From Eledone cirrhosa (lineage: Eukaryota), in the NCBI GenBank assembly GCA_964016885.1, contig OZ024743.1, forward strand, positions 23,870,001 to 23,934,000: DNA of 64,000 bases, in the 5' to 3' direction. Positions 25,095 to 38,130 of the stretch are shown in pieces. Position 1 is the stretch's first letter. Every line of letters starts with the position of its first letter. The position numbers were made by a program, and so were the translations under genes. The notes under the pieces were generated by a model. It did not search any database. It saw nothing but the letters and a program-made list of their open reading frames with translations, and was not told the origin of the DNA.

Positions 25095-26880
25095 GTGCCA
25101 AATGAAAATTTGTCACACCAAAATCAATAGCTTGGTGTGATGTAGTATGGTGTGGTTTGGTGAAGTTTCTACAAAGATAACAATGGAAACCTGTCGAAAA
25201 TGACTAAGTGAAAAAAAAAAGTCAATTGGTAGCACCTTTAATGTCAGATTGGGTGGTAAGCGCACACACAAAAAAAAAAAAAAAAAAGAAAAAAAAAGTG
25301 AAGAAAATGTTTCACACGAAGATCAATAGCTTGGTGTGATGTAGTATGGTGTAACTTAGTATGGTGTGGTTTGGTTTGGTTTGGTGAAGTTATGAAATGG
25401 AAACCAATTGTAAATGATAGATCCCCATGTCATATTCATTGATAATGTGTGGGAAAATAGTCATTTGCAAGCACCTTTGATGTTAGTTTGAGGTGGTAAC
25501 CACAAAAAAAAAAAAAAAAAGAAGGTAGCAAATTTGTCACATTGATGTCCATACCATGGTGTGATGTAAATGGTAAGAGTAGGTGTTTTGTAATAAATTT
25601 ACCATATAGTGAAGTATGGTTATGGTGTGGATTGGGGTAGATTAATGTGCTGTGGTGTGCTTAAATGTGGGGATTTAAATTTCCACTTTGATTTATGTTA
25701 GAAAAAAAATTTTTCTTTCAATTTTGCATGTGCTATCAACTTCCAAGAAGCTCGCAGTGGACTATGCTTTTAGCATATTAACAAAAAATATGACTTCCGC
25801 TGCAATAAAAAATGACTAGCTTTGTAAATGGTATTTCCACCCACATCCTCCCTCTTTTTTCTACAAAGCTAGTCATTTTCATCAGGTTTCTATGTCATAA
25901 CCATTGATAATATGTGCATAAAATAGTAATTTTCAATCACCATTTATGTCAAATTGGGTGGAAGCACACACAAAAAAAAAAAAAAAAAAAAAAATGCCAC
26001 ATGAAAATTTGTCACACCAAAATCAATAGCTTGGTGTGATGTAGTATGGTGTGGTTCGGTGAAGTTTCTACAAAGATAGTCATTTTCGACAGGTTTCCAT
26101 GTCATAATTATTGATAAGTGAAAAAAAAAAGTCAATTGGTAGCACCTTTAATGTCAGATTGGGTGGTAAGCACACACACAAAAAAAAAAAAAAAGAAACG
26201 GGAAGAAAATGTTTCACACCAAGATCAATAGCTTGGTGTGATGTAGTATGGTGTAACCTGGTATGGTGTGGTTTGGTTTGGTTTGGTTTGGTGAAGTTAT
26301 GAAATGGAAACCAATTGTAAATGATAGATCCCCATGTCATATTCATTGATAATGTGTGGGAAAATAGTCATTTGCAAGCACCTTTGATGTTAGTTTGAGG
26401 TGGTAACCACAAAAAAAAAAAAAAAAAAAGCAGGTAGCAAATTTGTCACATTGATGTCCATACCATGGTGTGATGTAAATGGTAAGAGTAGGTGTTTTGT
26501 AATAAATTTACCATATAGTGAAGTATGGTTATGGTGTGGATTGGGGTAGATTAATGTGCTGTGGTGTGCTTAAATGTGGGGATTTAAATTTCCACTTTGA
26601 TTTATGTTAGAAAAAAAATTTTTCTTTCATTTTTGCATGTGCTATCAACTTCCAAGAAGCTCGCAGTGGACTATGCTTTTAGCATATTAACAAAAAATAT
26701 GACTTCCGCTGCAATAAAAAATGACTAGCTTTGTAAATGGTATTTCCACCCACATCCTCCCTCTTTTTTCTACAAAGCTAGTCATTTTCATCAGGTTTCT
26801 ATGTCATAACCATTGATAATATGTGCATAAAATAGTAATTTTCAATCACCATTTATGTCAAATTGGGTGGAAGCACACAC

Positions 26881-26912
<32 letters not shown>

Positions 26913-28698
26913 GTGCCAAATGAAAATTTGTCACACCAAAATCAATAGCTTGGTGTGATGTAGTATGGTGTGGTTTGGTGAAGTTTCTACAAAGATAACA
27001 ATGGAAACCTGTCGAAAATGACTAAGTGAAAAAAAAAAGTCAATTGGTAGCACCTTTAATGTCAGATTGGGTGGTAAGCGCACACACAAAAAAAAAAAAA
27101 AAAAAGAAAAAAAAAGTGAAGAAAATGTTTCACACGAAGATCAATAGCTTGGTGTGATGTAGTATGGTGTAACTTAGTATGGTGTGGTTTGGTTTGGTTT
27201 GGTGAAGTTATGAAATGGAAACCAATTGTAAATGATAGATCCCCATGTCATATTCATTGATAATGTGTGGGAAAATAGTCATTTGCAAGCACCTTTGATG
27301 TTAGTTTGAGGTGGTAACCACAAAAAAAAAAAAAAAAAGAAGGTAGCAAATTTGTCACATTGATGTCCATACCATGGTGTGATGTAAATGGTAAGAGTAG
27401 GTGTTTTGTAATAAATTTACCATATAGTGAAGTATGGTTATGGTGTGGATTGGGGTAGATTAATGTGCTGTGGTGTGCTTAAATGTGGGGATTTAAATTT
27501 CCACTTTGATTTATGTTAGAAAAAAAATTTTTCTTTCAATTTTGCATGTGCTATCAACTTCCAAGAAGCTCGCAGTGGACTATGCTTTTAGCATATTAAC
27601 AAAAAATATGACTTCCGCTGCAATAAAAAATGACTAGCTTTGTAAATGGTATTTCCACCCACATCCTCCCTCTTTTTTCTACAAAGCTAGTCATTTTCAT
27701 CAGGTTTCTATGTCATAACCATTGATAATATGTGCATAAAATAGTAATTTTCAATCACCATTTATGTCAAATTGGGTGGAAGCACACACAAAAAAAAAAA
27801 AAAAAAAAAAAATGCCACATGAAAATTTGTCACACCAAAATCAATAGCTTGGTGTGATGTAGTATGGTGTGGTTCGGTGAAGTTTCTACAAAGATAGTCA
27901 TTTTCGACAGGTTTCCATGTCATAATTATTGATAAGTGAAAAAAAAAAGTCAATTGGTAGCACCTTTAATGTCAGATTGGGTGGTAAGCACACACACAAA
28001 AAAAAAAAAAAAGAAACGGGAAGAAAATGTTTCACACCAAGATCAATAGCTTGGTGTGATGTAGTATGGTGTAACCTGGTATGGTGTGGTTTGGTTTGGT
28101 TTGGTTTGGTGAAGTTATGAAATGGAAACCAATTGTAAATGATAGATCCCCATGTCATATTCATTGATAATGTGTGGGAAAATAGTCATTTGCAAGCACC
28201 TTTGATGTTAGTTTGAGGTGGTAACCACAAAAAAAAAAAAAAAAAAAGCAGGTAGCAAATTTGTCACATTGATGTCCATACCATGGTGTGATGTAAATGG
28301 TAAGAGTAGGTGTTTTGTAATAAATTTACCATATAGTGAAGTATGGTTATGGTGTGGATTGGGGTAGATTAATGTGCTGTGGTGTGCTTAAATGTGGGGA
28401 TTTAAATTTCCACTTTGATTTATGTTAGAAAAAAAATTTTTCTTTCATTTTTGCATGTGCTATCAACTTCCAAGAAGCTCGCAGTGGACTATGCTTTTAG
28501 CATATTAACAAAAAATATGACTTCCGCTGCAATAAAAAATGACTAGCTTTGTAAATGGTATTTCCACCCACATCCTCCCTCTTTTTTCTACAAAGCTAGT
28601 CATTTTCATCAGGTTTCTATGTCATAACCATTGATAATATGTGCATAAAATAGTAATTTTCAATCACCATTTATGTCAAATTGGGTGGAAGCACACAC

Positions 28699-28730
<32 letters not shown>

Positions 28731-28906
28731 GTGCCAAATGAAAATTTGTCACACCAAAATCAATAGCTTGGTGTGATGTAGTATGGTGTGGTTTGGTGAA
28801 GTTTCTACAAAGATATCAATGGAAACCTGTCGAAAATGACTAAGTGAAAAAAAAAAGTCAATTGGTAGCACCTTTAATGTCAGATTGGGTGGTAAGCGCA
28901 CACAAA

Positions 28907-28940
<34 letters not shown>

Positions 28941-29616
28941 GTGAAGAAAATGTTTCACACGAAGATCAATAGCTTGGTGTGATGTAGTATGGTGTAACTT
29001 GGTATGGTGTGGTTTGGTTTGGTTTGGTGAAGTTATGAAATGGAAACCAATTGTAAATGATAGATCCCCATGTCATATTCATTGATAATGTGTGGGAAAA
29101 TAGTCATTTGCAAGCACCTTTGATGTTAGTTTGAGGTGGTAACCACAAAAAAAAAAAAAAAAAAAGCAGGTAGCAAATTTGTCACATTGATGTCCATACC
29201 ATGGTGTGATGTAAATGGTAAGAGTAGGTGTTTTGTAATAAATTTACCATATAGTGAAGTATGGTTATGGTGTGGATTGGGGTAGATTAATGTGCTGTGG
29301 TGTGCTTAAATGTGGGGATTTAAATTTCCACTTTGATTTATGTTAGAAAAAAAATTTTTCTTTCATTTTTGCATGTGCTATCAACTTCCAAGAAGCTCGC
29401 AGTGGACTATGCTTTTAGCATATTAACAAAAAATATGACTTCCGCTGCAATAAAAAATGACTAGCTTTGTAAATGGTATTTCCACCCACATCCTCCCTCT
29501 TTTTTCTACAAAGCTAGTCATTTTCATCAGGTTTCTATGTCATAACCATTGATAATATGTGCATAAAATAGTAATTTTCAATCACCATTTATGTCAAATT
29601 GGGTGGAAGCACACAC

Positions 29617-29651
<35 letters not shown>

Positions 29652-30830
29652 TGCCAAATGAAAATTTGTCACACCAAAATCAATAGCTTGGTGTGATGTA
29701 GTATGGTGTGGTTTGGTGAAGTTTCTACAAAGATAGTCATTTTAGACAGGTTTCCATTGATAAGTGAAAAAAAAAAGTCAATTGGTAGCACCTTTAATGT
29801 CAGATTGGGTGGTAAGCACACACAAAAAAAAAAAAAAAAAAAAAGAAAAGGGAAGAAAATGTTTCACACCAAGATCAATAGCTTGGTGCGATGTAGTATG
29901 GTGTAACTTGGTATGGTGTAGTTTGGTTTGGTGAAGTTATGAAATGGAAACCAATTCTAAACGATAGATTCCCATGTCATATTCATTGATAATGTGGGAA
30001 AATAGTCATTTGCAAGCACCTTTGATGTTAGTTTGGGTGGTAACCACAAAAAAAAAAAAAAAGCAGGTAGCAAATTTGTCACACTGATGTCCATACCATG
30101 GTGTGATGTAAATGATAGGAGTATGTGTTCTGTAATAAATTTACCATAAGATGGTGCTGTTTGATATGGTGTGGTTTGGGATAGATTAATGTGGTGTGGT
30201 GTGCTTTGTTATAAGTAAGGAATTAAATTTCCACTTTGATTTATGTAAGGAAAAAATTTTTTTCCTTCACTTTTGCATGTGCTATCAACTAATACAACTT
30301 CCAAGATGCTTGCAGTAGACTATGGTTTTAGCATATTAACAAAAAATATGACTTCCGCTGCAATAAAAAATGACTAGCTTTGTAAATGGTATTTCCACCC
30401 ACATCCTCCCTCTTTTTTCTACAAAGCTAGTCATTTTCGACAGTTTTCCATGTCATAATTATTGATAATATGTGCGAAAAATAGTCAATTGCAGCACCTT
30501 TGATGTCAGATTGGGTGGTAAGAACACACAAAAAACAAAAAAAGAAACAGGAAGAAAATTTTTCACACTGAGATCAAAAGCATGGTGTGATGTAGAATGG
30601 TGTAGTTTGTTCTGGTGTGGTTTGGATTGTTGTAGTTATGACATGGGAACCTATTGCAAATGATAGGTTTCCATGTTATATCCATTGATAATGTGTAAAA
30701 AAATAGTCATTTGTGAGCACCTTTGATATCAGATTGGGTGGTAAGCACACATACAGAAAAAAAAAAAACAGGAAAAAAAATGTTCTCACTGAGATTAATA
30801 GCATGGTGTGATGTAGTATGGTGTAGTTTG
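17330..30830. repeat. Satellite array: 14 conserved ~910-bp monomers plus degenerate flanking units
   Basis: Anchor ccatttatgtcaaattgggtgg recurs at 17748, 18662, 19578, 20486, 21394, 22303, 23214, 24122, 25031, 25940, 26849, 27758, 28667 and 29585. Each monomer has three poly(A)-ended subrepeats. Confidence 0.97.
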
Positions 30831-30896
30831 ATGTAGTTTAATGTGATATGGTTTTCCAACCTCCGACATGCTCACAGCTGACTATGCTTTTACCAT

Positions 30897-31230
30897 CATC
30901 ATCATCATTTTACGTCCACTTTTCCCTGCTTGCAAGGGTGGGATGGGAACTGATTCTGGCTTGATTTCTACAGCTGGATGCCCTTCCTAACACCAACCTC
31001 ATTTACAGTGAGTGCTGGGTGGTTTTTGCCGTGGCACCTATACAACCACTTTGCAGTGGAATTATAGGGACCCCAGTCCCTATCATCTCATTTCTACAGC
31101 TGAGTAAACTGGAGCAATGTGAAATAAGGTGTCTTGCTCAAGGAAACAACACACCACCTGGTCTGAGAATTGAACTCACAACCTTTCGATTGCAAGGCCA
31201 ATGCTCTAACCACTAAGCCATGTGCCTCCA
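30897..31230 (-). mobile_element. SINE insertion with a 7-bp TSD
   Basis: Same family as 9980-10360. Flanked by ttaccat at 30890-30896 and 31231-31237. Confidence 0.8.
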
Positions 31231-31719
31231 TTACCATATTAACAACAAATATGACTTTCACTGCAATCAAAAATGACAAGCTTTGTGAATGGTATTTCCA
31301 CCCACTTTCCGCCCTCTTTTTTCTACAAAGCTAGTCATTTTCAACAGGTTTCAAAGTCTTCATTGATAATATGTACAAAAAATAGTTAATTGCGAACACT
31401 TTTAATGTCAGATTGGGTGGTAAGCACACACACAAAAAAAGACAAAAAAAAGCAGGTGTGATGTAGTATAGTGTAGTTTGTTATGGTGTGGTTTGGTTTG
31501 GTGTAGTTTGGTATGGTTTAGTTTGGTGTAGTTATAACATGGAAACCTATCATAAATTTACCAAGGTATGGTATAATCTGGTTTGGTGTAGTGTAGGTTA
31601 GTGTGGTGTGGTGTGTTATTGTGTTGCATCGTATAGCGTGATTCTCTTTAAATTAAAATCATTAAAATGTAATGCCTATCTTCTATATCTTAAAGAGTGA
31701 CCTTAAATGTGATTGCAAA

Positions 31720-34700
31720 TGACTTTTTTCTCTGGATTAATGTTAGATTTAGGGTTAGTGTTAGGGTAAGTTTTACTGTTAATGGTAAGTTTATTGTTAG
31801 TGACTGTGTTACTGTTAACATTACTGTCACTGTTAGTGTTACTGTAACTGTTACTCTTACAGTTACTGTTTGCGTTACTGTCTGCATCAGCGTTAGCATT
31901 TGCATAAGCGTCTATGTAAGCTTTTGTGTTAGTGTCTATGTAGACTGGTGTTAGCATCTGCGTTAGTGTTTGCGTAAGTGTCAGCATCTATGTCAGCATT
32001 TGCGTCAGCGTCTGCATTGGTGATAGTGATTGTGTCAGCATTTCCCTTAGCGTCTGAGTTAACATTAGTGTTTGTTTCAGTGCCTACGTCTACGTCAGCT
32101 TCTGAGTCAGCATTATCATTAGCGTCCACGTCAGCACTTGTGTCAGTGTCAGCGTTTGCATCAGCGTGCACGTCAGCATTTGCATTAGTGTTTGAGTCAG
32201 TGTTAGCATCAACGTTTGCATTTGTGTAGGGGTTAGCATTTGCGTCAGCATCTGCATCAGCATTCACATTAGCATTAGCGTTTGCGACAGCGTTTTCTTT
32301 AACGTCTTTGTCAGCATTTCCGTTAGCGTCTGTGTCAGCGTGTACGTTAGCTTCTACGTCAGTGTTTCCGTTAGCGTCTGTGTCAGCGTGTACGTTAGCT
32401 TCTACGTCAGTGTTTCCGTTAGCTTCTACGTCAGTGTTTACGTTAGCTTCTACGTCAGTGTTTCCGTTAGCGTCTGTGTCAGTGTTTCCGTTAGCATCTA
32501 TGTCAGTGTTTACGTTAGCTTCTACGTCAGTGTTTCCGTTAGCGTCTGTGTCAGCGTGTACGTTAGCTTCTACGTCAGTGTTTCCGTTAGCGTCTATGTC
32601 AGTGTTTCCGTTAGCTTCTACGCCAGCGTTTCCGACCGCGTCTGTGGCAGCGTCAGTATTTACATCTACATCAGCGTCAGCGTTTCAGTTAATGTCAGCG
32701 TTTACGTTAGCTTCTACGTCAGCGTTTCCGTAACGTCTGCGTCAGCGTTTTCCGTTAGCATTAGCGTTTCCATCAACCTTTCCTGTGGCGTCCGCATCAA
32801 TGCAGCGTCTGCATATCCCATGTAAGCGTTAACTTCAGCATTTGCGTCAGCGTTAGCGTTAGCCTTAACCCTAGCGTCCGCATCAGCATTTGCATTAGCG
32901 TCAGCATACACGTCAGCGCCTGGCAATACTGCCTCAACATTTGCGTCAGCGTTAGCTTGGCTTTGGCTTCAGCAATCCGCATCAGCAATTGCGTTTTGGA
33001 GATCAGCTTCGGCGGTAAGGGTAAACGCTAACTTCTACGCCTGCTTCTACGTAACAACTACGTCAGCGTTTTGTTAGCTTCTACGTCAGCGTTTACGTTA
33101 GCTTCTACGTCAGCGTCTGTGTCAACGTGTGTTAGCATCTGTGTCAGCGTTTATGTTAGCGTCTGTGTCAGTGTTTATATTAACATCTGCGTCAGTGTTT
33201 ACGTTAGCATCTGTGTTAACGTGTGTTAGCGTCTGTGTCAGCATTTTCATTAGTGTTTGCATCAGTGTTTCCTTTAGCTTCTACGTCAATGTTTACGCCT
33301 GCGTTAAGGTTCACATTAGCATCGCTGTCATCGTTTGCGTCAGCATTTGTGTTTGCTTTAACATCTGCATCAACATTTGCGTCTGTGTTTGCATTAGTGT
33401 CTGCATTTGCTTTAGTGTTTGCATCAGCGCGAGCATTTGTGTCAGTGTCGACGTCAGCGTTAGAGTCTGTGTAGCATTTACATCAGCATGTGCGTCAGAG
33501 TCTTTGTCAGCATTCGCCTTTGCACCTGCATCAGTATTCACGTTAGTGTTTGTGTCAGCGTAAGCGATTGTGTCAACATTTGCGCTAGCGTTTGTGCCAG
33601 CATAGCCATCTTCGTCAGTGTCAGCTTTGGCGTTAGTGTTTCCATTAGTGTTCGTGTTAGTGTTTGTGTTTGATTTTGTATTAGTGTTAGCATTTTTGTT
33701 AGTGTTAGTGTTCAGGTTAGTGTTAGTGTTCAAGTTATGATAGTGTTCATGTTAGTTTTAGTGTTAAGGTTAGTGTTAGAGATTGTGTTAGTGTAAGTGT
33801 TCAGGTTACTGTTAGTGTTCAAGTTAATGTTAGTGTTCAAGTTAATGTTAGTGTTCAAGTTAATGTTAGTGTTAGTGTTAGTTTTAGTGTTAAGGTTAGT
33901 GTTAGAGATTGTGTTAGTGTTAGTATTTGTTTTTGTGTTAGTATCTCTGTTAGCATTAGTGTTTAATGTTTCCATTAATGTTAGTGATTGTGTTAGTGTT
34001 GGTCTTTGTTTTTGTGTTAATGTTAGCATTAGTATTTCTGTTAGTGTTAGCATTAGTGTTTATGTTAGTGTTCAGGTTAATGTTAGCTTAGTTTTCAGGT
34101 TAGAGTTAGTGTTCAAGTTAATGTTAGTTTTAGTGTTGAGGTTAGTGTTAGAGATTGTGTTTGTGTTTGTTTTTTTGTTAATATTTGTGTTAGTATCTCT
34201 GTTAGTGTTATTTTTCGTGTAAGTGTTCAGGTTAGTGTTAGTTTTAGTGTTAAGGTTAGTGTTAGTATTTGTTTTTGTGTTAATATTTGTGTTAGTATCT
34301 CTGTTAGCATTAGTGATTGATGTTTCCATTAGTGTTAGTGATTGTGTTAGCGTTAGTCTTTGTTTTTGTGTTAATGTTAGCATTAGTATTTCTGTTAGTG
34401 TTAGCATGAGTATTTGTGTTAGTGTTCAGGTTAATGTTAGCTTAGTTTTCAGGTTAGAGTTAGTGTTCAAGTTAATGTTAGTTTTAGTGTTAGAGATTGT
34501 GTTTGTGTTAATATTTGTGTTAGTATCTCTGTTAGTGTTAGTTTTCATGTAAGTGTTCAGGTTAGTGTTAGTTTTAGTGTTAAGGTTAGTGTTAGTATTT
34601 GTTTTTGTGTTAATATTTGTGTTAGTATCTCTGTTAGCATTAGTGTTTGATGTTTCCATTAGTGTTAGTGATTGTGTTAGCGTTAGTCTTTGTTTTTGTG

Positions 34701-36020
34701 TTAATGTTAGCATTAATGTTAGCATTAGTATTTCTGTTAGTGTTAGCATTAGTGTTTATGTTAGTGTTCAGGTTAATGTTAGCTTAGTTTTCAGGTTAGA
34801 GTTAGTGTTCAAGTTAATGTTAGTTTTAGTGTTGAGGTTAGTGTTAGAGATTGTGTTTGTGTTTGTTTTTTTGTTAATATTTGTGTTAGTATCTCTGTTA
34901 GTGTTATTTTTCGTGTAAGTGTTCAGGTTAGTGTTAGTGTTAGTTTTAGTGTTAAGGTTAGTGTTAGTATTTGTTTTTGTGTTAATATTTGTGTTAGTAT
35001 CTCTGTTAGCATTAGTGATTGATGTTTCCATTAGTGATTGTGTTAGCGTTAGTCTTTGTTTTTGTGTTAATGTTAGCATTAGTATTTCTGTTAGTGTTAG
35101 CATGAGTATTTGTGTTAGTGTTCAGGTTAATGTTAGCTTAGTTTTCAGGTTAGAGTTAGTGTTCAAGTTAATGTTAGTTTTAGTGTTAGAGATTGTGTTT
35201 GTGTTAATATTTGTGTTAGTATCTCTGTTAGTGTTAGTTTTCGTGTTAAGGTTAGTGTTAGTATTTGTTTTTGTGTTAATATTTGTGTTAGTATCTCTGT
35301 TAGCATTAGTGTTTGATGTTTCCATTAGTGTTAGTGATTGTGTTAGCGTTAGTCTTTGTTTTTGTGTTAAGGTTAGCGTTAATGTTAGCATTAGTATTTC
35401 TGTTAGTGTTAGCATTAGTGTTTATGTTAGTGTTCAGGTTAATGTTAGCTTAGTTTTCAGGTTAGAGTTAGTGTTCAAGTTAATATTAGTTTTAGTGTTA
35501 GTGTTGAGGTTAGTGTTAGAGATTGTGTTAGTGTTTGTTTTTGTGTTAATATTTGTGTTAGTATCTCTGTTAGCGTTAGTGTTTGTTTTAGTGTTGAAGT
35601 TAATGTTAGCTTAGTTTTCTGGTTAGTATCAGTTTTCAGATTAGTGTTTGTGTTAGTGTTACCTTTAGTGTTAGTGCTCAGGCCAGTGTTAATGTTTATG
35701 GTAGTGTTAGTTTTAGTCCTAGTGTTCAGGCTAATGTTTGTGCTAATGTTAGTTTTATTGTAAGTGTTCAGGTTAGTGTTAGTGTTTGTATTAGTGTTTA
35801 CGGTAGTGTTAGTTTTAGGGCTGGTGTTCAGGTTAGTGTTAGTGTCAGTTTTAGTGTTAGTGTTTGTGTTAGTTTTCAGATTTTGTGTTTGTGTTAGTTT
35901 TCATGTTAGCGCTAAGTTCACTGTTAGAGCCTGTGTGAGTGCAAGTGTTAGGGTAAGTTATTTTTAAAGTTCGGTTTTAGCTTAAAGTTAGGTTTTCTAC
36001 TTTCCAGGAAAAAAGTTGAT
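31720..36020. repeat. Hexamer-periodic telomere-like array (TTAGTG/TTAGCG/TCAGCG) with a ~342/354-bp higher-order repeat
   Basis: 6-bp periodicity throughout. Repeated ORFs at 33730, 34072, 34426, 34768 and 35122 are spaced 342, 354, 342 and 354 bp apart. Confidence 0.9.
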
Positions 36021-36339
36021 CCTCTCTAACTTGAGTGGTGTGATATAGTGTGGTAAAGTATAGTGTTTCATAGTCTTGTGTGGTGTTGTCTATTGTTGTA
36101 TAGTGTAGTATGGTATGTTTCATAGAATGGTCTGATGTGAGGTCGTACAGTGTTTCGTAGTGTGGTGTTGGATAATGTGGTATGGTATAATGTTTGTCAG
36201 TGTGGTGTGGTGTGGTGTGGTATGGTATGGTATGGTATGGTATGGTATAGGTTGATGTAGTGTGGCTTAGTTTGATTATAATAATACAAATAATAATAAC
36301 AATAATAATAGTAATAATAATTGTTGTTCTTGTTCATTT

Positions 36340-36675
36340 TCTTTGTCTTCTTCTGTGCCTTTGTTTTCTTCTGTGCCTTTGACTGCTTCTGTGCCTTTGA
36401 CTGCTTCTGTGCCTTTGACTGTTTCTGTGCCTTTGACTGCTTCTGTGCCTTTGACTGCTTCTGTGCCTTTGACTGCTTCTGTGCCTTTGACTGCTTCTGT
36501 GCCTTTGACTGCTTCTGTGCCTTTGTCTTCTTCTGTGCCTTTGTCTTCTTCTGTGCCTTTGACTTCTTCTGTGCCTTTGACTTCTTCTGTGCCTTTGACT
36601 TCTTCTGTGCCTTTGACTTCTTCTGTGCCTTTGACTTCTTCTGTGCCTTTATCTTCTTCTGTGCCTTTATCTTCT
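36340..36675. repeat. 18-bp minisatellite (ttctgtgcctttgactgc variants), ~18 units
   Basis: Directly visible. The minus strand is open in two frames (KAQKKS repeats and KGTEEV repeats). Confidence 0.92.
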
Positions 36676-37180
36676 CCTCTGCCATCTAAATACCAAAAAC
36701 AAAGAATGTAAAACATATATGTTGCCTGTCTCTCAGACTTTACGAAGTGCTGAGGAGATAAAGTTAATTTAAAGAGCAGTGTGCTCATGCACTGTGATCC
36801 TATAATATAGCTTATAAGCTATTTCATAACTAAAAAACAATGTCAAACATCAACAAAAGTATATACAAATATCTTTGAATGTTTAAGTTAAACCTAAATA
36901 GATCGTATCTACAAGTCATTCGGTTAAGACTGAACTAAGATCATATCTATAAATCATTAGGTTTAGACTGAACTGAGATCATACTTTCTTCTTCTTTTCA
37001 TCATCTTCGTTTCCCGTGTCTTCTTTGTCTTTGTTGTCATTTTCATTTTAGTCGTCTGCTTAGTTGTCTTTTTCTTCTTTTCCATCTAAACATAAAAAAA
37101 AATTGTAAACAAATATATAGCTGATCTCTCAGACTTTCACGAAACACCGAGGAGATACAGTTAATATAACGAGTGGGGAG

Positions 37181-37221
<41 letters not shown>

Positions 37222-37544
37222 TAGCATGGTGTTATGTGGTCTGGTGTGGTACAACATGGTGTGATGTGGTGTGGTATGATATGGTGAGGCAGGGGTGGGT
37301 GGGGGGACACAACGTTAGATTAATGTTAACAATACACATGTAGCATCCACATGTGATGAGAAGGGGGAAACAGTGTTTAACTAATTTTAACATTACATGT
37401 CGCATCCATCTACAGGTGAGTTAAGACTGAGGTGTAATCATATGAAAAGGTCAATTTAAAACTACACTGAGATTCTGCTTAAAATGATGGTCAATGAAGT
37501 GTTTACTTACTCAGATCCTTTGAAATAACTTTCTTTCTCTTACT

Positions 37545-38130
37545 GTAACTGGTGTAGTGTAGTGGAGTGTGGTTTAGTGTAGTGGACAGTGGTGTAGTGT
37601 AGTGGAGTGTGGTTTAGTGTAGTGGACAGTGGTGTGGTGTAGTGTAGTAGAGTGGTGTAGTGTATTGTAGTGGTGTAGTGTAGTGTAGTGGAGTGTGGTT
37701 TAGTGTAGTGGACAGTGGTGTGGTTAGTGGAGTGTGGTTCAATGTAGGGTGGGGGATATGGTGTAGTGGAGTGTGGTGGGATGTAGTGTGGTAGCATGTG
37801 GTGTGATGGCATGTGATGTGATATGATGAAATGTGATGTGATGAAATGTGATGTGATGTGATGAAATGTGGTGTGGCGTGGTGAAATGAGGCGAGGTGAG
37901 GTGAAATGAGGCAAGGCGTGGTGAAATGAGGCAAGGCGAGGCGAGGCAAGGCGTGGCGAGGCTTTGCAAGGCAAGGCTTTGCGAGGCGAGGCGAAGCTTT
38001 GCAAGGCGAGGTGAGATGAGGCGAGGTTTTGCGAGGGGAGGTTTTGCGATGCGAGGCGAGGCGAGGCAAGGCTTTGCAAGGCGAGGCGAGGCGTGGCGAG
38101 GCTTTGCGAGGCGAGGCGAGGCGAGATGAG
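37545..38130. repeat. Pentamer-periodic array grading from GTAGT to GTGAT to GCGAG
   Basis: Directly visible 5-bp periodicity. A related (GTGTT)n array lies at 39225-39580. Confidence 0.9.

Noticed and set aside
31690-35970. NT-, VL- and AS-rich ORFs suggesting a repetitive protein
   Set aside because: Hexamer periodicity opens several frames on both strands, with scattered stops and no splice structure.
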